Shown piece by piece: positions 54,676 through 64,000 of a stretch of 64,000 bases of DNA; position 1 is the first letter of the stretch; each line of letters opens with the position of its first letter. Source of the DNA: Deltaproteobacteria bacterium (GTDB taxonomy: Bacteria; Desulfobacterota; GWC2-55-46; JAJCZF01); the NCBI GenBank assembly GCA_029262475.1, contig JAJCZG010000119.1:3378-67377 (forward strand). Reading direction: 5' to 3'. The notes under the pieces are model-generated. The model saw nothing but the letters and a program-made list of their open reading frames with translations, did no database searches and was not told where the DNA came from. The translations under genes and the position numbers were made by a program.

Positions 54676-54862
54676 CCTTACACTCCAATCAGGTAAACTT
54701 TAATAATTTTAGCACTTGGGCTTATAATTATCCTTAAACGAGTATTAAAATAATTTCACATTCCAAGTGCCAGCCCGACCTGGAGACCTACGGCTATCCC
54801 TAATAGTATATATCGGACTAATTGATAGAGAATTTAAGGAAAAAAGGAGAAGCGCATAGACC

Positions 54863-56110
54863 CTACCGGGTAATTAACCCCTCCAGGTCGCTGCCGGAAG
54901 GGCTTTGGAAGGCCCTGAGGTCGAATTCCCCCAGGACCGCGAGGAGATGATCGAATATATCTGATTGAATATCTTCATAATTCACCCAGTCCTTATCCTT
55001 GCTGAAGACGTATATCTCTATCGGAAGCCCCTTATCGGCAGGGGCAAGCTGCCGTACGAGGAGCGTCATCTCTTTATTAATCATGGGATGATTTTTTAAG
55101 TACGATAAAACGTAAGCCCTGAATGTTCCGACATTTGTAAGCCTTCTGCCGTTTACAGGGCTTTTGTCATCTACCCCCTTGGAGGCGTTATAGTTACTTA
55201 CCTCCTTCTCTTTGGCGTCTATATAGGCGGATATATACTGGACCTTTCTGAAACGGTCGAGCATCTCCGGAGTACAGAGCTTTATCGTGCCGATATCGAC
55301 GTATATGGACCTCTTGATGCGCCTTCCGTCCGACTCGTCCATGCCGCGCCAGTTCTTAAACGAACCGCTTATGAGGGCGTACGTCGGCACCGTGGTGATG
55401 GTCTTGTCGAAGTTTTGCACCTTTACGGTAGTAAGCGTTATCTCCAAAACGTCCCCGTCGGCCCCGTACTGCGGCACCTCTACCCAGTCCCCCGTGGCTA
55501 TCATCCTGTTGGTGATGAGCTGTATGCCGGCGACGAAGCCAAGGATAGAGTCCTTGAAGACGAGCATCAGGACAGCCGTAAGGGCGCCTAGGCCGCTAAG
55601 TATATAGAGCGGCGTCTTACCGAGAATTACGGAGACGACGACTATGGCGCCGAGGAAGAAGATGATTATCTTAAAGACCTGGATAAAACCCTTGATGGGG
55701 ATATTCCTGGAGACCTCATAGGAGCGGTATATATCGACGACGGCGTTAAGAAACGAGTCTATAACAAGGAGTAGAACTATTATCAGGTAGATTAGCGTAA
55801 TGGAGACTACGGCGGCCGAGGCCCTCTCGTATCCGGTAAGCGCCTCTGAGGCCATCAGGTATACGACAAGCCCCGGGGCCAGGTGGGAGAGCTTATTAAA
55901 GACCTTCCTGTCGAGAATTGCGTCGTCCCAGGACGTTCTGGTGCGGCCGATGATACGCGCCACACAGGTGACGATAATACGCCTTGCCACGAAATCGGCG
56001 ACAATGCAGAGAATTATTATTATCGCTACCGCAGCGATACGGACGGTGAGATATGCGGCTACTCCGTCAAGGCCGAGAAGCGTAGCGTATTGTATCAATA
56101 ATTCTAACAT
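54863..56110 (-). CDS. Mechanosensitive ion channel, MscS family
   Basis: N-terminal transmembrane helices are followed by ...GIQLITNRMIATGDWVEV...GDVLEITLTTVKVQNFDKTITTVPTYALISGSFKNW..., the MscS beta-domain signature. Confidence 0.85.
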   Translation of the reverse strand: MLELLIQYATLLGLDGVAAYLTVRIAAVAIIIILCIVADFVARRIIVTCVARIIGRTRTSWDDAILDRKVFNKLSHLAPGLVVYLMASEALTGYERASAAVVSITLIYLIIVLLLVIDSFLNAVVDIYRSYEVSRNIPIKGFIQVFKIIIFFLGAIVVVSVILGKTPLYILSGLGALTAVLMLVFKDSILGFVAGIQLITNRMIATGDWVEVPQYGADGDVLEITLTTVKVQNFDKTITTVPTYALISGSFKNWRGMDESDGRRIKRSIYVDIGTIKLCTPEMLDRFRKVQYISAYIDAKEKEVSNYNASKGVDDKSPVNGRRLTNVGTFRAYVLSYLKNHPMINKEMTLLVRQLAPADKGLPIEIYVFSKDKDWVNYEDIQSDIFDHLLAVLGEFDLRAFQSPSGSDLEGLITR

Positions 56111-56262
56111 CGTAATCCTTAATAAAGATTCATGGCCGCCGGTGACCGTAAGGCTTTAAGCTACCGCCGTCTAACCTGAATTATCATCTGGTTCTGATTT
56201 ACTTTAGAATTTAACATGAGATCAAGCTGAGACCGGGTCTTTAGGCCGCCTTTAGAGCGCCT

Positions 56263-57132
56263 TTAGTAAAATGCGGAACATTCCTTCTCGTAGACCTCGC
56301 CGACTTCGCTGACGAGACCTTCGATCCTGTCGGGCTTTACGCCAAGGAAGGAGGTTGATTCCAATTCTTCGATCACCACAGATTCGTTGGGGATGCGGTA
56401 GCCTATGCCGAGCATTTTACAGATATTATCCGCGAGGTTAATGCAGGCTACCGCCCTCGCCGTAAACATATCCTCAATATCCTCAAGCGCGGATCTCTTC
56501 AGGTGGTGCCTCGCCATAATATCGGAGAAGATCCGGGGAAAACCCCACACCGCTACGACCCTGGAGCCGACCTCGGCATGGTCGTATCCGAAGACCTCCT
56601 GCTCGGCGCATATAGACTCGACATCCTCGTTATAGGTAAGCTTCATTACATCGACATAGGCCTCGGGTATCTCGTTGTTCATTATCACCTTTCCGAGGTC
56701 GTGCATAAGGCCGCCTAAGAAGGCAATATCCTTTAACTCAGCACAGCACATATCGCTTACCTTCTTGGAGGCGATGGCCGTGCCTATGGAGTGGTCCCAC
56801 ATCATCTGCTCGGTTATGCCGAAGCGTTTATACTGGGAACGCGTCGAGATGGTTATTACGAGGTCTTTGATGGAGTTAAAACCGAGGACGAGTATAGCCT
56901 GCCTGAGGCTCGTGACTTCGTGGGCCAGCCCGTAGAAGGGGCTGTTGGCGATCTTGAGTATCTTTGTGGCTATGGACTGATCCTTCTCAATGGTGCTGCT
57001 CAGCTCCTGGATCGAGGTATTGTCGTCGGCCACCATGCCGATAACCTTTCGCGCGACAAAGGGCAGTACCTTCTGGTCCGCGGTATTTTGTATCAGTTCA
57101 TCAATTGTTGGGACTTCCAATGTCGCCTCCAT
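56263..57132 (-). CDS. HDOD-domain signalling protein
   Basis: ...ILKIANSPFYGLAHEVTSLRQAILVLGFNSIKDLVI... and ...GGLMHDLGKVIM... form the HDOD motif. Confidence 0.8.
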   Translation of the reverse strand: MEATLEVPTIDELIQNTADQKVLPFVARKVIGMVADDNTSIQELSSTIEKDQSIATKILKIANSPFYGLAHEVTSLRQAILVLGFNSIKDLVITISTRSQYKRFGITEQMMWDHSIGTAIASKKVSDMCCAELKDIAFLGGLMHDLGKVIMNNEIPEAYVDVMKLTYNEDVESICAEQEVFGYDHAEVGSRVVAVWGFPRIFSDIMARHHLKRSALEDIEDMFTARAVACINLADNICKMLGIGYRIPNESVVIEELESTSFLGVKPDRIEGLVSEVGEVYEKECSAFY

Positions 57133-57310
57133 AAGTAAATGCGGGGTACAGACCGCCTCTGATGCCGGTACATAACAAAAGTGGAAGAATCACAGTAATT
57201 GAGGTATAAATAATATACACCCTTCAAGAGAAATACACAATATTATTTGACTTTTTCGCATATACGCCTGCTTCGGATCTGACCCGGGCTAAGAACGCGC
57301 CAGATGCTTT

Positions 57311-57733
57311 TCAGGAAACTTTCGACCTCTCCTTCAGGAGCAGTTCCCTTCCTTCGAGCGCAAGCTCAGCCATATTCATGCTCTCCAGAGCCTCGATGAA
57401 CTTCTCCTGAGCATGTTTCCAGACAAACGTAGTAGGGCATAAGACCTCCCTTGAACACTCTCCCTTGACGCAGAGGTTAAGAGAGACCGGACCCTCGATA
57501 ATCTCTATTATCTCGCGTACGGTTATAAGGGACGGGTCACGGGCAATCTCAAAGCCTCCGCCGGCGCCCCTCATCGACTTTGCTATGCCTGCCTTTACAA
57601 GATCCTGCATTATTTTGGCCAGATATGTCTTTGGTATATCCTGGGCCTCGCTTATTTCGCTTACCAGAGATACCCCGCCTGCTTCGCGCGAAGAGAGGTA
57701 AAGGACCGCCCTCACAGCATACTCGGCTCGCAT
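57311..57733 (-). CDS. Rrf2-family transcriptional regulator (IscR/NsrR-like, 3-Cys)
   Basis: MRAEYAVRAVLYLS... is a winged helix. ...LCVKGECSREVLCPTTFVW... has Cys residues spaced as in Fe-S-binding Rrf2 members. The start is taken at the internal ATG (57733) rather than the ORF-track start at 57772. Confidence 0.75.
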   Translation of the reverse strand: MRAEYAVRAVLYLSSREAGGVSLVSEISEAQDIPKTYLAKIMQDLVKAGIAKSMRGAGGGFEIARDPSLITVREIIEIIEGPVSLNLCVKGECSREVLCPTTFVWKHAQEKFIEALESMNMAELALEGRELLLKERSKVS

Positions 57734-57897
57734 TGAAATTTTAAACACAGTCTCCCCGCCTTTCTGGTACATTCTCCAAAATTGACATATGGCTCCCCTC
57801 GAGCCCCCCAGTTGCGACGAATGGAGGCGGTAAGAACCGCCTTCACTTAATACGTACCGCTTACTTGAAGCAGCGGTTTATATTAACTCGCCGGGCC

Positions 57898-59337
57898 CTA
57901 CCCTCCGAGCTTCTCTTTAAGCAGCTTATTTATGAGGCCCGGGTTTCCCTGCCCCCTCGTCGCCTTCATAGTCTGCCCTACGAAGAAGCCCATAAGCTTC
58001 GTCTCGCCGCCCCTGAATCTCTCCACCTCGTCAGGGTTGGCGCTAAGCACTTTGTCTATCGCGCCCGAAAGCTCGCCGGTATCGGATATCTGAGTTAGCC
58101 CCTTCTCCTTAACCACGGCTTCGGCAGACTTTTTACTCTTATACATCTCCTCGAAGACGTCTTTCCCGACCTTATTGCTTATAGCACCCTTCTTTATCAT
58201 CCCTATGAGCTCCGTTAAGGCCTCGGGGCCTACCGGACAATCCTCTATGGAGCGGTTCTCCTCGTTAAGGAGCCTTAGAAGTTCGCCCATGATCCAGTTC
58301 GATGCTACCTTGGCGTCTCCGGCGAGCTTTACCGTCTCCTCATAGTAATCGGCAAGTGGGCGCTCCGACGTTAGCACCCCGGCGTCGTAGGGGGGTAAAT
58401 TGTACTCCTCTATGAAGCGCACCTTCTTCGCCGCCGGAAGCTCCGGGAGAGAATCCTTAAGATCCGAAATCATCTCTTCGGTAACTACGAGAGGCATAAG
58501 GTCAGGCTCCGGGAAGTACCGGTAATCGTGGGCCTCTTCCTTGCTCCTCATCGATACCGTAACGCCCCTTTGGGAATCCCATAGCCTCGTCTCCTGCACG
58601 ATCTTCTCACCGTCCTCGATGGCCTCTATCTGACGGTCTATCTCGTAGCTTATGGCGTCCTTTACGAACTTAAACGAGTTTATATTCTTCATCTCCGTAC
58701 GTGTGCCGAACTCCTCCTGCCCAACGGGCCTTACCGAAACATTGGCGTCGCACCTAAAACTTCCCTCATCCATGTTACCGTCCGAGATGCCAAGGTATAC
58801 GACTATGTCGTGGATGGCCTTCAGGTATGCGCTCGCCTCGTCGGGGGTGCGTATATCCGGCTCGCTTACGATCTCTATAAGGGGTACGCAGGTCCTGTTG
58901 AGGTCAACAAAACTCGACCCCGCCTCTTCGGCGGTAGCGCCGTGATTGAGCTTACCCGCGTCCTCTTCCATATGTATACGCGTTATGCCGATGCGTTTGG
59001 TCGCGGCGTCCACCTCGATATCCATGTGGCCGTCTTCGACGAGCGGCTCTTCGTACTGGGATATCTGGTAGCCCTTGGGGAGGTCGGGATAAAAATAATT
59101 TTTCCTTGCGAATACGCTCTCGTGGTTGATGCGGCTCCCTGTGGCGAGCCCCATCATTACTGCATACTCCACGGCGCGCCTATTTAAGACCGGCAGCACG
59201 CCGGGCATCCCAAGGCATACCGGGCAGACCTGGCTGTTTGGCCCGGCGCCGTACTTCGTCGAGCACCCGCAAAAGAGTTTTGATTCGGTCTTGAGCTGGA
59301 CATGTACTTCAAGACCTATTACCGGTTCATAGTTCAT
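57898..59337 (-). CDS. gatB: Asp-tRNA(Asn)/Glu-tRNA(Gln) amidotransferase subunit B
   Basis: [26 protein letters not shown]... matches GatB. Confidence 0.95.
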   Translation of the reverse strand: MNYEPVIGLEVHVQLKTESKLFCGCSTKYGAGPNSQVCPVCLGMPGVLPVLNRRAVEYAVMMGLATGSRINHESVFARKNYFYPDLPKGYQISQYEEPLVEDGHMDIEVDAATKRIGITRIHMEEDAGKLNHGATAEEAGSSFVDLNRTCVPLIEIVSEPDIRTPDEASAYLKAIHDIVVYLGISDGNMDEGSFRCDANVSVRPVGQEEFGTRTEMKNINSFKFVKDAISYEIDRQIEAIEDGEKIVQETRLWDSQRGVTVSMRSKEEAHDYRYFPEPDLMPLVVTEEMISDLKDSLPELPAAKKVRFIEEYNLPPYDAGVLTSERPLADYYEETVKLAGDAKVASNWIMGELLRLLNEENRSIEDCPVGPEALTELIGMIKKGAISNKVGKDVFEEMYKSKKSAEAVVKEKGLTQISDTGELSGAIDKVLSANPDEVERFRGGETKLMGFFVGQTMKATRGQGNPGLINKLLKEKLGG

Positions 59338-59407
59338 TTAGCCATCCTGATATTTTTATTAATCCGTATAATAGCGTTCCTTATTAACAATCTATACACT
59401 GGCTACC

Positions 59408-60859
59408 CTAGAGCTTCGCCCTCTTCTGGTGCCACTCGGTCCCGGTCTCGTAAGCGTGCGCCGCCCTTAGGACCGTCGCCTCGTCTAACGTATTACCTAT
59501 AATCTGAAGCCCTATCGGGAGCCCCTCGGTGGTAAATCCGCAGGGAAGAGAGATCGCAGGAATACCGGCAAGGCTCGAAGAAATTGTAAATATATCCGAT
59601 AGGTACATCGTGAGCGGGTCGCTGGTCTTCTCGCCAATTTTAAAGGCCGCCGTCGGTGCCGTTGGAGTTAGCATTATATCGCACTCCTTAAAGGCAAGGT
59701 CGAAGTCGCGTTTTATGAGCGCCCTTACCTGGCTTGCCTTCTTGTAGTAGGCGTCGTAGTACCCGGAAGAGAGCGCGTAGGTTCCGAGCATAATCCGCCT
59801 CTTCACCTCCGCCCCGAAGCCCCGGTCGCGCGTCTTCTTATACATCTCAAGGAGCCCGTCTCCGTCGTCCACCCTCTGGCCGTACCTAACTCCGTCGTAG
59901 CGGGCGAGGTTACTTGAGGCCTCGGCCGTGGCGACTATATAATAGACGCTTACGGCGTACTCCGTATGCGGGAGGCTTATATCGACAATTTCGGCGCCCT
60001 GATCCTTAAAGAAGTTAATCGCATTCTGTACGGCGGTCGAGACCTCGCCGTCTATCCCGTCTATGAAATACTCTCCGGGTATGCCTACGCGAAGTCCCTT
60101 TACCCCACCGCCGAGACCGGCGGTATAGTCCGGGACAGGGAGGTCTATGGATGTGGATTCCCTGGGGTCGAAGCCCGCTATCACGCCAAGGAGCTCGGCT
60201 GCGTCCCTCACGTTCCTCGTAATAGGACCGGCCTGGTCGAGTGAAGATGCGAAGGCTATCATGCCGTACCTCGATACCCTTCCGTATGTGGGTTTTAAGC
60301 CCACCACGCCGCAGCATGCAGCCGGCTGTCTTATGGAACCTCCTGTGTCGGTCCCGATGCTCGCAATGCACTCGCCCGCCGCAACCGATGCCGCCGAGCC
60401 GCCGCTTGAGCCGCCCGGAACCCTCGTAAGATCCCAAGGGTTCTTCGTCTTCTTGTAGGCGGAATTCTCCGTGGAAGAGCCCATTGCGAACTCGTCCATG
60501 TTATTTTTGCCGATTATTACCGCACCGGCCTCTTTGAGCTTCCTTACGACCGTCGCGTCGTATGGAGGCACAAAACCTTCGAGTATCCTGGAGCCGCATG
60601 TAGTCGGCGTGCCTTTTGTACAGAAGATATCCTTTACGGATACCGGTATGCCTGTCAAAGAGGTGATTTCTCCGTCGCCGTTCATGCGGTTATCGGCTGT
60701 ATCCGAAGCCTCAAGGGCCTCGTCTTTCGAAACAGTGATGAAAGCGCCGACACTATCATCGACTTCGTCGATGCGGCGAAGGAAGGCTTCCGTAAGCCCC
60801 TTTGAAGTAAGCTCCCTGTTTCTAAACCTTTCCTGCAATTCTTCTATAGTTCCAAGCAA
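59408..60859 (-). CDS. gatA: Asp-tRNA(Asn)/Glu-tRNA(Gln) amidotransferase subunit A
   Basis: The amidase signature ...[14 protein letters not shown]... is present and the 483-aa length fits. Confidence 0.95.
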   Translation of the reverse strand: MLGTIEELQERFRNRELTSKGLTEAFLRRIDEVDDSVGAFITVSKDEALEASDTADNRMNGDGEITSLTGIPVSVKDIFCTKGTPTTCGSRILEGFVPPYDATVVRKLKEAGAVIIGKNNMDEFAMGSSTENSAYKKTKNPWDLTRVPGGSSGGSAASVAAGECIASIGTDTGGSIRQPAACCGVVGLKPTYGRVSRYGMIAFASSLDQAGPITRNVRDAAELLGVIAGFDPRESTSIDLPVPDYTAGLGGGVKGLRVGIPGEYFIDGIDGEVSTAVQNAINFFKDQGAEIVDISLPHTEYAVSVYYIVATAEASSNLARYDGVRYGQRVDDGDGLLEMYKKTRDRGFGAEVKRRIMLGTYALSSGYYDAYYKKASQVRALIKRDFDLAFKECDIMLTPTAPTAAFKIGEKTSDPLTMYLSDIFTISSSLAGIPAISLPCGFTTEGLPIGLQIIGNTLDEATVLRAAHAYETGTEWHQKRAKL

Positions 60860-60900
60860 TTTATAATCCCCTGTCTGTACTTGACTTCGTTATAAAAAAT

Positions 60901-61188
60901 TTATTCGATTATCTTCGGCACCTTGAACGAATCCCGCGCGCTCAGTGGAGAGTTCTTGAGGGCGTCTTCGTTCATAAGCCCTTTTATCACGACATCCTCA
61001 CGCATCCTTCCACTTACCGGCGCGGTCGTCGTAATCGGCTCCACACCCTCGGTGTCGAGCTCGGATATCTTCTCTACATGGGCGAGTATTCTCTGGAGCT
61101 GGCCGGTATAGAGTTCGACATCCTCGTCGGTCGGGCTAAGGCGCGCAAGGGCGGCCACGTGCCTGACGTCTTTACTTGTAATTGCCAT
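60901..61188 (-). CDS. gatC: Asp-tRNA(Asn)/Glu-tRNA(Gln) amidotransferase subunit C
   Basis: A 95-aa protein. MAITSKDVRHVAALARLSPTDEDVELYTGQLQRILAHVEKISELDTEGVEP matches GatC. Confidence 0.9.
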   Translation of the reverse strand: MAITSKDVRHVAALARLSPTDEDVELYTGQLQRILAHVEKISELDTEGVEPITTTAPVSGRMREDVVIKGLMNEDALKNSPLSARDSFKVPKIIE

Positions 61189-61396
61189 CTTCTACCACCT
61201 TTTACCTTTTGTTTTATATAATACAGATTTTAATGAATCTACCATATTATAGCAAGCCTTTCAAGGACTGAGGCTTGCGGCGGCTTCTTCCACCCGGGCC
61301 TTCTTTCCCCTCCGGCATGACGCTCCGGCGGGCCGGGTGGATGAAAAGAGGCACGCTTGACCCTACCATCACGGCCCGTACGCCACGCCTTTGAGC

Positions 61397-62632
61397 TTAA
61401 TCCCGGAAGAGAAACTCCCGCCTCTCCTCCGCGGTCTCTACGTAAAGCGCGTCTATCGCCGCCACTGTATCCGGGTGGGCGCGGTAGAGGGCGTCGCGCT
61501 CCTTCCTCAAGGCCAGAAGATGAGCTTCGATATTACGGCTGTCTATCCTGACGCCGAAGCCGCTGCCTGCGGGTGCGCTCCCGGAGGCCGGCTCATCCGG
61601 GGCCTCAAATAAACGCCTAAGTATAAGTTCCCCGAGTTCGCTTCTATAATGGCTTGGTTCCCAGTACCAGCGCATCTCTACCTCCGGGTCTTCGGCCGCG
61701 CCGAAATTTTCGCTATTTACGGGATTGTAGCCAGAAAAATCCCATAGCGCCAAAGGCTCCTTACCGGGGCCGGTTGAAGCCTCTTCGGCCAGAATCGACG
61801 TAAGCTCCCTCTTCCAGCGTTCGAACTCGGAATACGCCCCGGAGACTCTCATGATCTCAAGCTGAAAGGCGTGGACGGGTGAGATGAAGATCTTTAGCTC
61901 CACGCCAGAGTCCCTCGCCCTCTTTACGGCCTTTTTGAAGAGGGCGACCGGCTCGGGTGTATAGGAAACCCTGGAATAAAAGCTCTTCTTTATGATCGAA
62001 CTGCGTAGTATCGCCATAAAGCTGCGCCTCTCCTTACCGGGCCTGTTAAAGTCCATATCCTTCTTATGCCCAAGCAGCGTATAGTCGGCCCTTCGCCCCC
62101 TCGTGTTGTCCTTAACTGTGGCTATACTCCTTTGAAATTCGTCTATGGAAATAAGGCGCGTTAGCCGCCCGGCGCCTGCATCGCCGGAGAAGGCGGACTG
62201 GTAGAAATCCCCTATCCCCTTCATATCCACTAAAAAATTAAAGAAATCGAGCGAGAGAACGATCAATTTCACCTCACCTCTTGATAAAGCCAGGTCAAGG
62301 GCCCGCTCCACCTCATAGAATGTTGAGCCCAGGAGCGAGGCGTTATAGACCTTACGCCCCCCGAAGAAGGGGCTAAGGGGATCCAACCCTATCTCGGCCC
62401 TTGAGGTGCCTACTATTACGGTATTAAAATCACCGGATAAAAGGGCCGTGGCCTTGTCGTACCTCCCGCCGCCCTCCATAAGCTCGGTCTTTTCGTGGTT
62501 AAACCCCTCTATATCCACGTAGCCGTATACCCCGGCCGGGTCCACGATGAGCGTAAAGGCCGCCATGAAGATAAGGCCACCGAATAAAATGACGAGGAGA
62601 GCGGCTATATACTTTTTAAATGACTTTTCCAT
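61397..62632 (-). CDS. MBOAT-associated membrane-anchored periplasmic protein (DltD/AlgJ-like accessory, putative O-acyltransferase partner)
   Basis: An N-terminal transmembrane anchor (…IAALLVILFGGLIFMAAFTLIV…) is followed by a ~380-aa soluble domain. The gene lies immediately downstream of an AlgI/DltB-type MBOAT. The assignment comes from gene context, not a verified motif. Confidence 0.4.
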   Translation of the reverse strand: MEKSFKKYIAALLVILFGGLIFMAAFTLIVDPAGVYGYVDIEGFNHEKTELMEGGGRYDKATALLSGDFNTVIVGTSRAEIGLDPLSPFFGGRKVYNASLLGSTFYEVERALDLALSRGEVKLIVLSLDFFNFLVDMKGIGDFYQSAFSGDAGAGRLTRLISIDEFQRSIATVKDNTRGRRADYTLLGHKKDMDFNRPGKERRSFMAILRSSIIKKSFYSRVSYTPEPVALFKKAVKRARDSGVELKIFISPVHAFQLEIMRVSGAYSEFERWKRELTSILAEEASTGPGKEPLALWDFSGYNPVNSENFGAAEDPEVEMRWYWEPSHYRSELGELILRRLFEAPDEPASGSAPAGSGFGVRIDSRNIEAHLLALRKERDALYRAHPDTVAAIDALYVETAEERREFLFRD

Positions 62633-62638
62633 AACTCC

Positions 62639-64000
62639 CTAAAACTGAAAATACAGGAACTCGCTCACCCTTACGAGGTTGGCGATCGAAACCAGGCAGA
62701 GAACCCCTGTAATGACGGCCCATAGAATAGACGGCTTCCACGCTTGCCAGCTCCGAAGCTCCTCGGGGCGGCGCATCTCGCCGGTTATGGCGGGGCTAAA
62801 GCGTCTCATAACCTCCTGGGTATTCGGAAATACCCATGCGATAAGCAATACGGCAATGATCCATATCAGGGCGTCGTCCCCCTCGAAGAGCCTGTACCCG
62901 GTGAATTTAACGCCCCACTCCGCAAGCGTAGGGCCGAAGGAGTCCCACTTCTCAAGATAGGTTTTATAGAGGGCCACGCCGTTTAGACCCGCCATGCCCT
63001 TTAAAATCTCTTTGGCGGCGCCAAAGGATTCGGCCCTGAAGAAGACCCATGAGACGACAACGGCAAGGAAAGTGAGGAGCGTTCCAGCGTAGCGTCCGGC
63101 AGTAGTGCTCCTGGTAAGGTCGTGGCCGAAGAGACCCTTTCTCGCGGCCTGCCATGCGTGGTTAATGACGAGGTATACGCCGTGGAGCACGCCCCAGAAG
63201 ACGAAGGTCCAGCCCGCTCCGTGCCAGAGCCCGGCTAAGAACATCGTAACGAAGAGGTTAATGAGCGTCACGTATCCCCCCCTTCTGCTGCCGCCGAGCG
63301 GGAAGTAGATATAATCCCTGAAAAAGCGCGAGAGCGTTATGTGCCATCTCCGCCAGAAGTCTATAATATTTACGGCCTTATAAGGCGAGTTAAAGTTTAT
63401 CGGTAGCTTTACGCCGAATAACCTGGCGAGCCCTATGGCCATATCCGAATAGCCCGAAAAGTCGAAGTAGAGCTGCATGGTATAGCCGAGCGCCGCGCTC
63501 CAGGACTCGAAGAACGTCGGGTGAGCGCCGGCCAGAGCGGCGTCGAAGACGGGAGAGGAGAAGAGCGCGATGTTATCGGCGATTATCACCTTCTTAAAGA
63601 GCCCTATGGAGAAGATCGTTAACCCGACGGCGATATCCTCGCCCCTAAGGTTGAAACCACCCTCCCTCTCAGACGTTTCAAATTGGGGCATCATCTCCTT
63701 ATGATGCACTATCGGGCCCGCGATAAGCTGCGGGAAAAACGTCACGAAGAGACAGTACCCGTAGAAATTATACTCGCTCGCCTCCCCCCTGTAGGCGTCT
63801 ATGAGATAGGCTATCTGCTGAAAGGTAAAGAACGATATCCCTAGCGGTAGCACGATCGGCGCAAGCTCCATAAACGAGCCGTCCGACACGGCGTTTAGAT
63901 TATCGACGAAGAAGTTCGCGTACTTAAAGTAACCGATAAGCGCAAGGTTTACGAATATACCGAAGTAAAGGGGCCACTTTGAGGTGGCTGAAGCAAGGCG
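62639..64000 (-). CDS. Membrane-bound O-acyltransferase (MBOAT; AlgI/DltB/PatA-like). The N-terminus lies beyond the window end.
   Basis: ...LGISFFTFQQIAYLIDAYRGE..., ...HITLSRFFRDYIYFPLGGSR... and ...GLWHGAGWTFVFWGVLHG... include the MBOAT catalytic His region. The reading frame continues open upstream of the tracked GTG through position 64000 (…ALIGYFKYANFFVDNLNAVSDG…), so the gene is 5'-truncated by the window. Confidence 0.85.
   Translation of the reverse strand, partial: RLASATSKWPLYFGIFVNLALIGYFKYANFFVDNLNAVSDGSFMELAPIVLPLGISFFTFQQIAYLIDAYRGEASEYNFYGYCLFVTFFPQLIAGPIVHHKEMMPQFETSEREGGFNLRGEDIAVGLTIFSIGLFKKVIIADNIALFSSPVFDAALAGAHPTFFESWSAALGYTMQLYFDFSGYSDMAIGLARLFGVKLPINFNSPYKAVNIIDFWRRWHITLSRFFRDYIYFPLGGSRRGGYVTLINLFVTMFLAGLWHGAGWTFVFWGVLHGVYLVINHAWQAARKGLFGHDLTRSTTAGRYAGTLLTFLAVVVSWVFFRAESFGAAKEILKGMAGLNGVALYKTYLEKWDSFGPTLAEWGVKFTGYRLFEGDDALIWIIAVLLIAWVFPNTQEVMRRFSPAITGEMRRPEELRSWQAWKPSILWAVITGVLCLVSIANLVRVSEFLYFQF

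Noticed and set aside
61293-61345. Imperfect inverted repeat ccacccgggcc…ggccgggtgg between the MBOAT-partner gene and gatC
   Set aside because: It has a mismatch in the stem and lacks an adjacent U tract on either strand, so it is not a convincing terminator. It may be incidental GC-rich self-complementarity.
1-64000. CRISPR arrays and transposable elements
   Set aside because: No regularly spaced direct repeats with unique spacers were seen, and no transposase or IS terminal inverted repeats. The only tandem repeats seen are coding (46738-46870) or the short operator-like palindrome (21545-21566).

Overview
The window is 64 kb of a moderately GC-rich, gene-dense bacterial chromosome. The gene content (gmhA, lpxH-like, an LptM-like lipoprotein, gatCAB, a siroheme-dependent Ahb-type heme route, a ThiH/HydG-type radical SAM) points to a Gram-negative organism, probably an anaerobe. 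This is consistent with Desulfobacterota or Nitrospirota-like lineages, but that is not proven. There is no CRISPR array and no integrase, transposase or other mobile element.

The core is ordinary housekeeping:
- a gmhA-DHS-like-argH-lptM-lysA-dapF-dapA-dapB operon;
- a thiamine operon under a TPP riboswitch (thiH/hydG-like, thiS, thiG, lgt, thiE, thiC);
- a heme/siroheme operon (sirC, ccsA/hemX, hemA, hemC, cobA-hemD, hemB, an AhbC/D-like radical SAM, a HemQ/Cld-like protein);
- gatCAB, rnr, ribF, aroE, lpxH, tal, ubiB, two tRNAs (Thr-CGU, Leu-CAG), a GGDEF cyclase, an MscS channel, an HDOD protein and an Rrf2 regulator.

The candidate undescribed system is a periplasmic glycosylation system built on three GT-C glycosyltransferases of the eukaryotic TMTC / PMT_2 (DUF1736) type. 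One sits in a GtrA/GtrB-like three-gene module (GT2 polyprenyl-phosphate sugar synthase, DUF2304 membrane protein, PMT_2 GT-C). The other two are a tandem pair of ~700-aa paralogs, each with an unassigned ~300-aa C-terminal domain. None of the three has TPR repeats. A nearby 829-aa membrane protein carries an N-terminal zinc ribbon, four I(N/E)IE(K/E)F(P/R) motifs, one transmembrane helix and a C-terminal TPR array, and may be a partner supplied in trans.

Other points of interest:
- an Ahb heme operon that also encodes a HemQ-like coproheme decarboxylase, with His-Pro-Gly repeat N-terminal extensions on both terminal enzymes;
- a HydG-type CX2CX22C C-terminal domain on the thi-operon tyrosine lyase;
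- a 1.7-kb AT-rich non-coding island holding tRNA-Thr, an orphan near-consensus sigma70 promoter and a double palindrome;
- a DsbC-like protein with a CxxCxxCH motif;
- a GGDEF protein whose receiver domain is split by a repeat-containing insertion.
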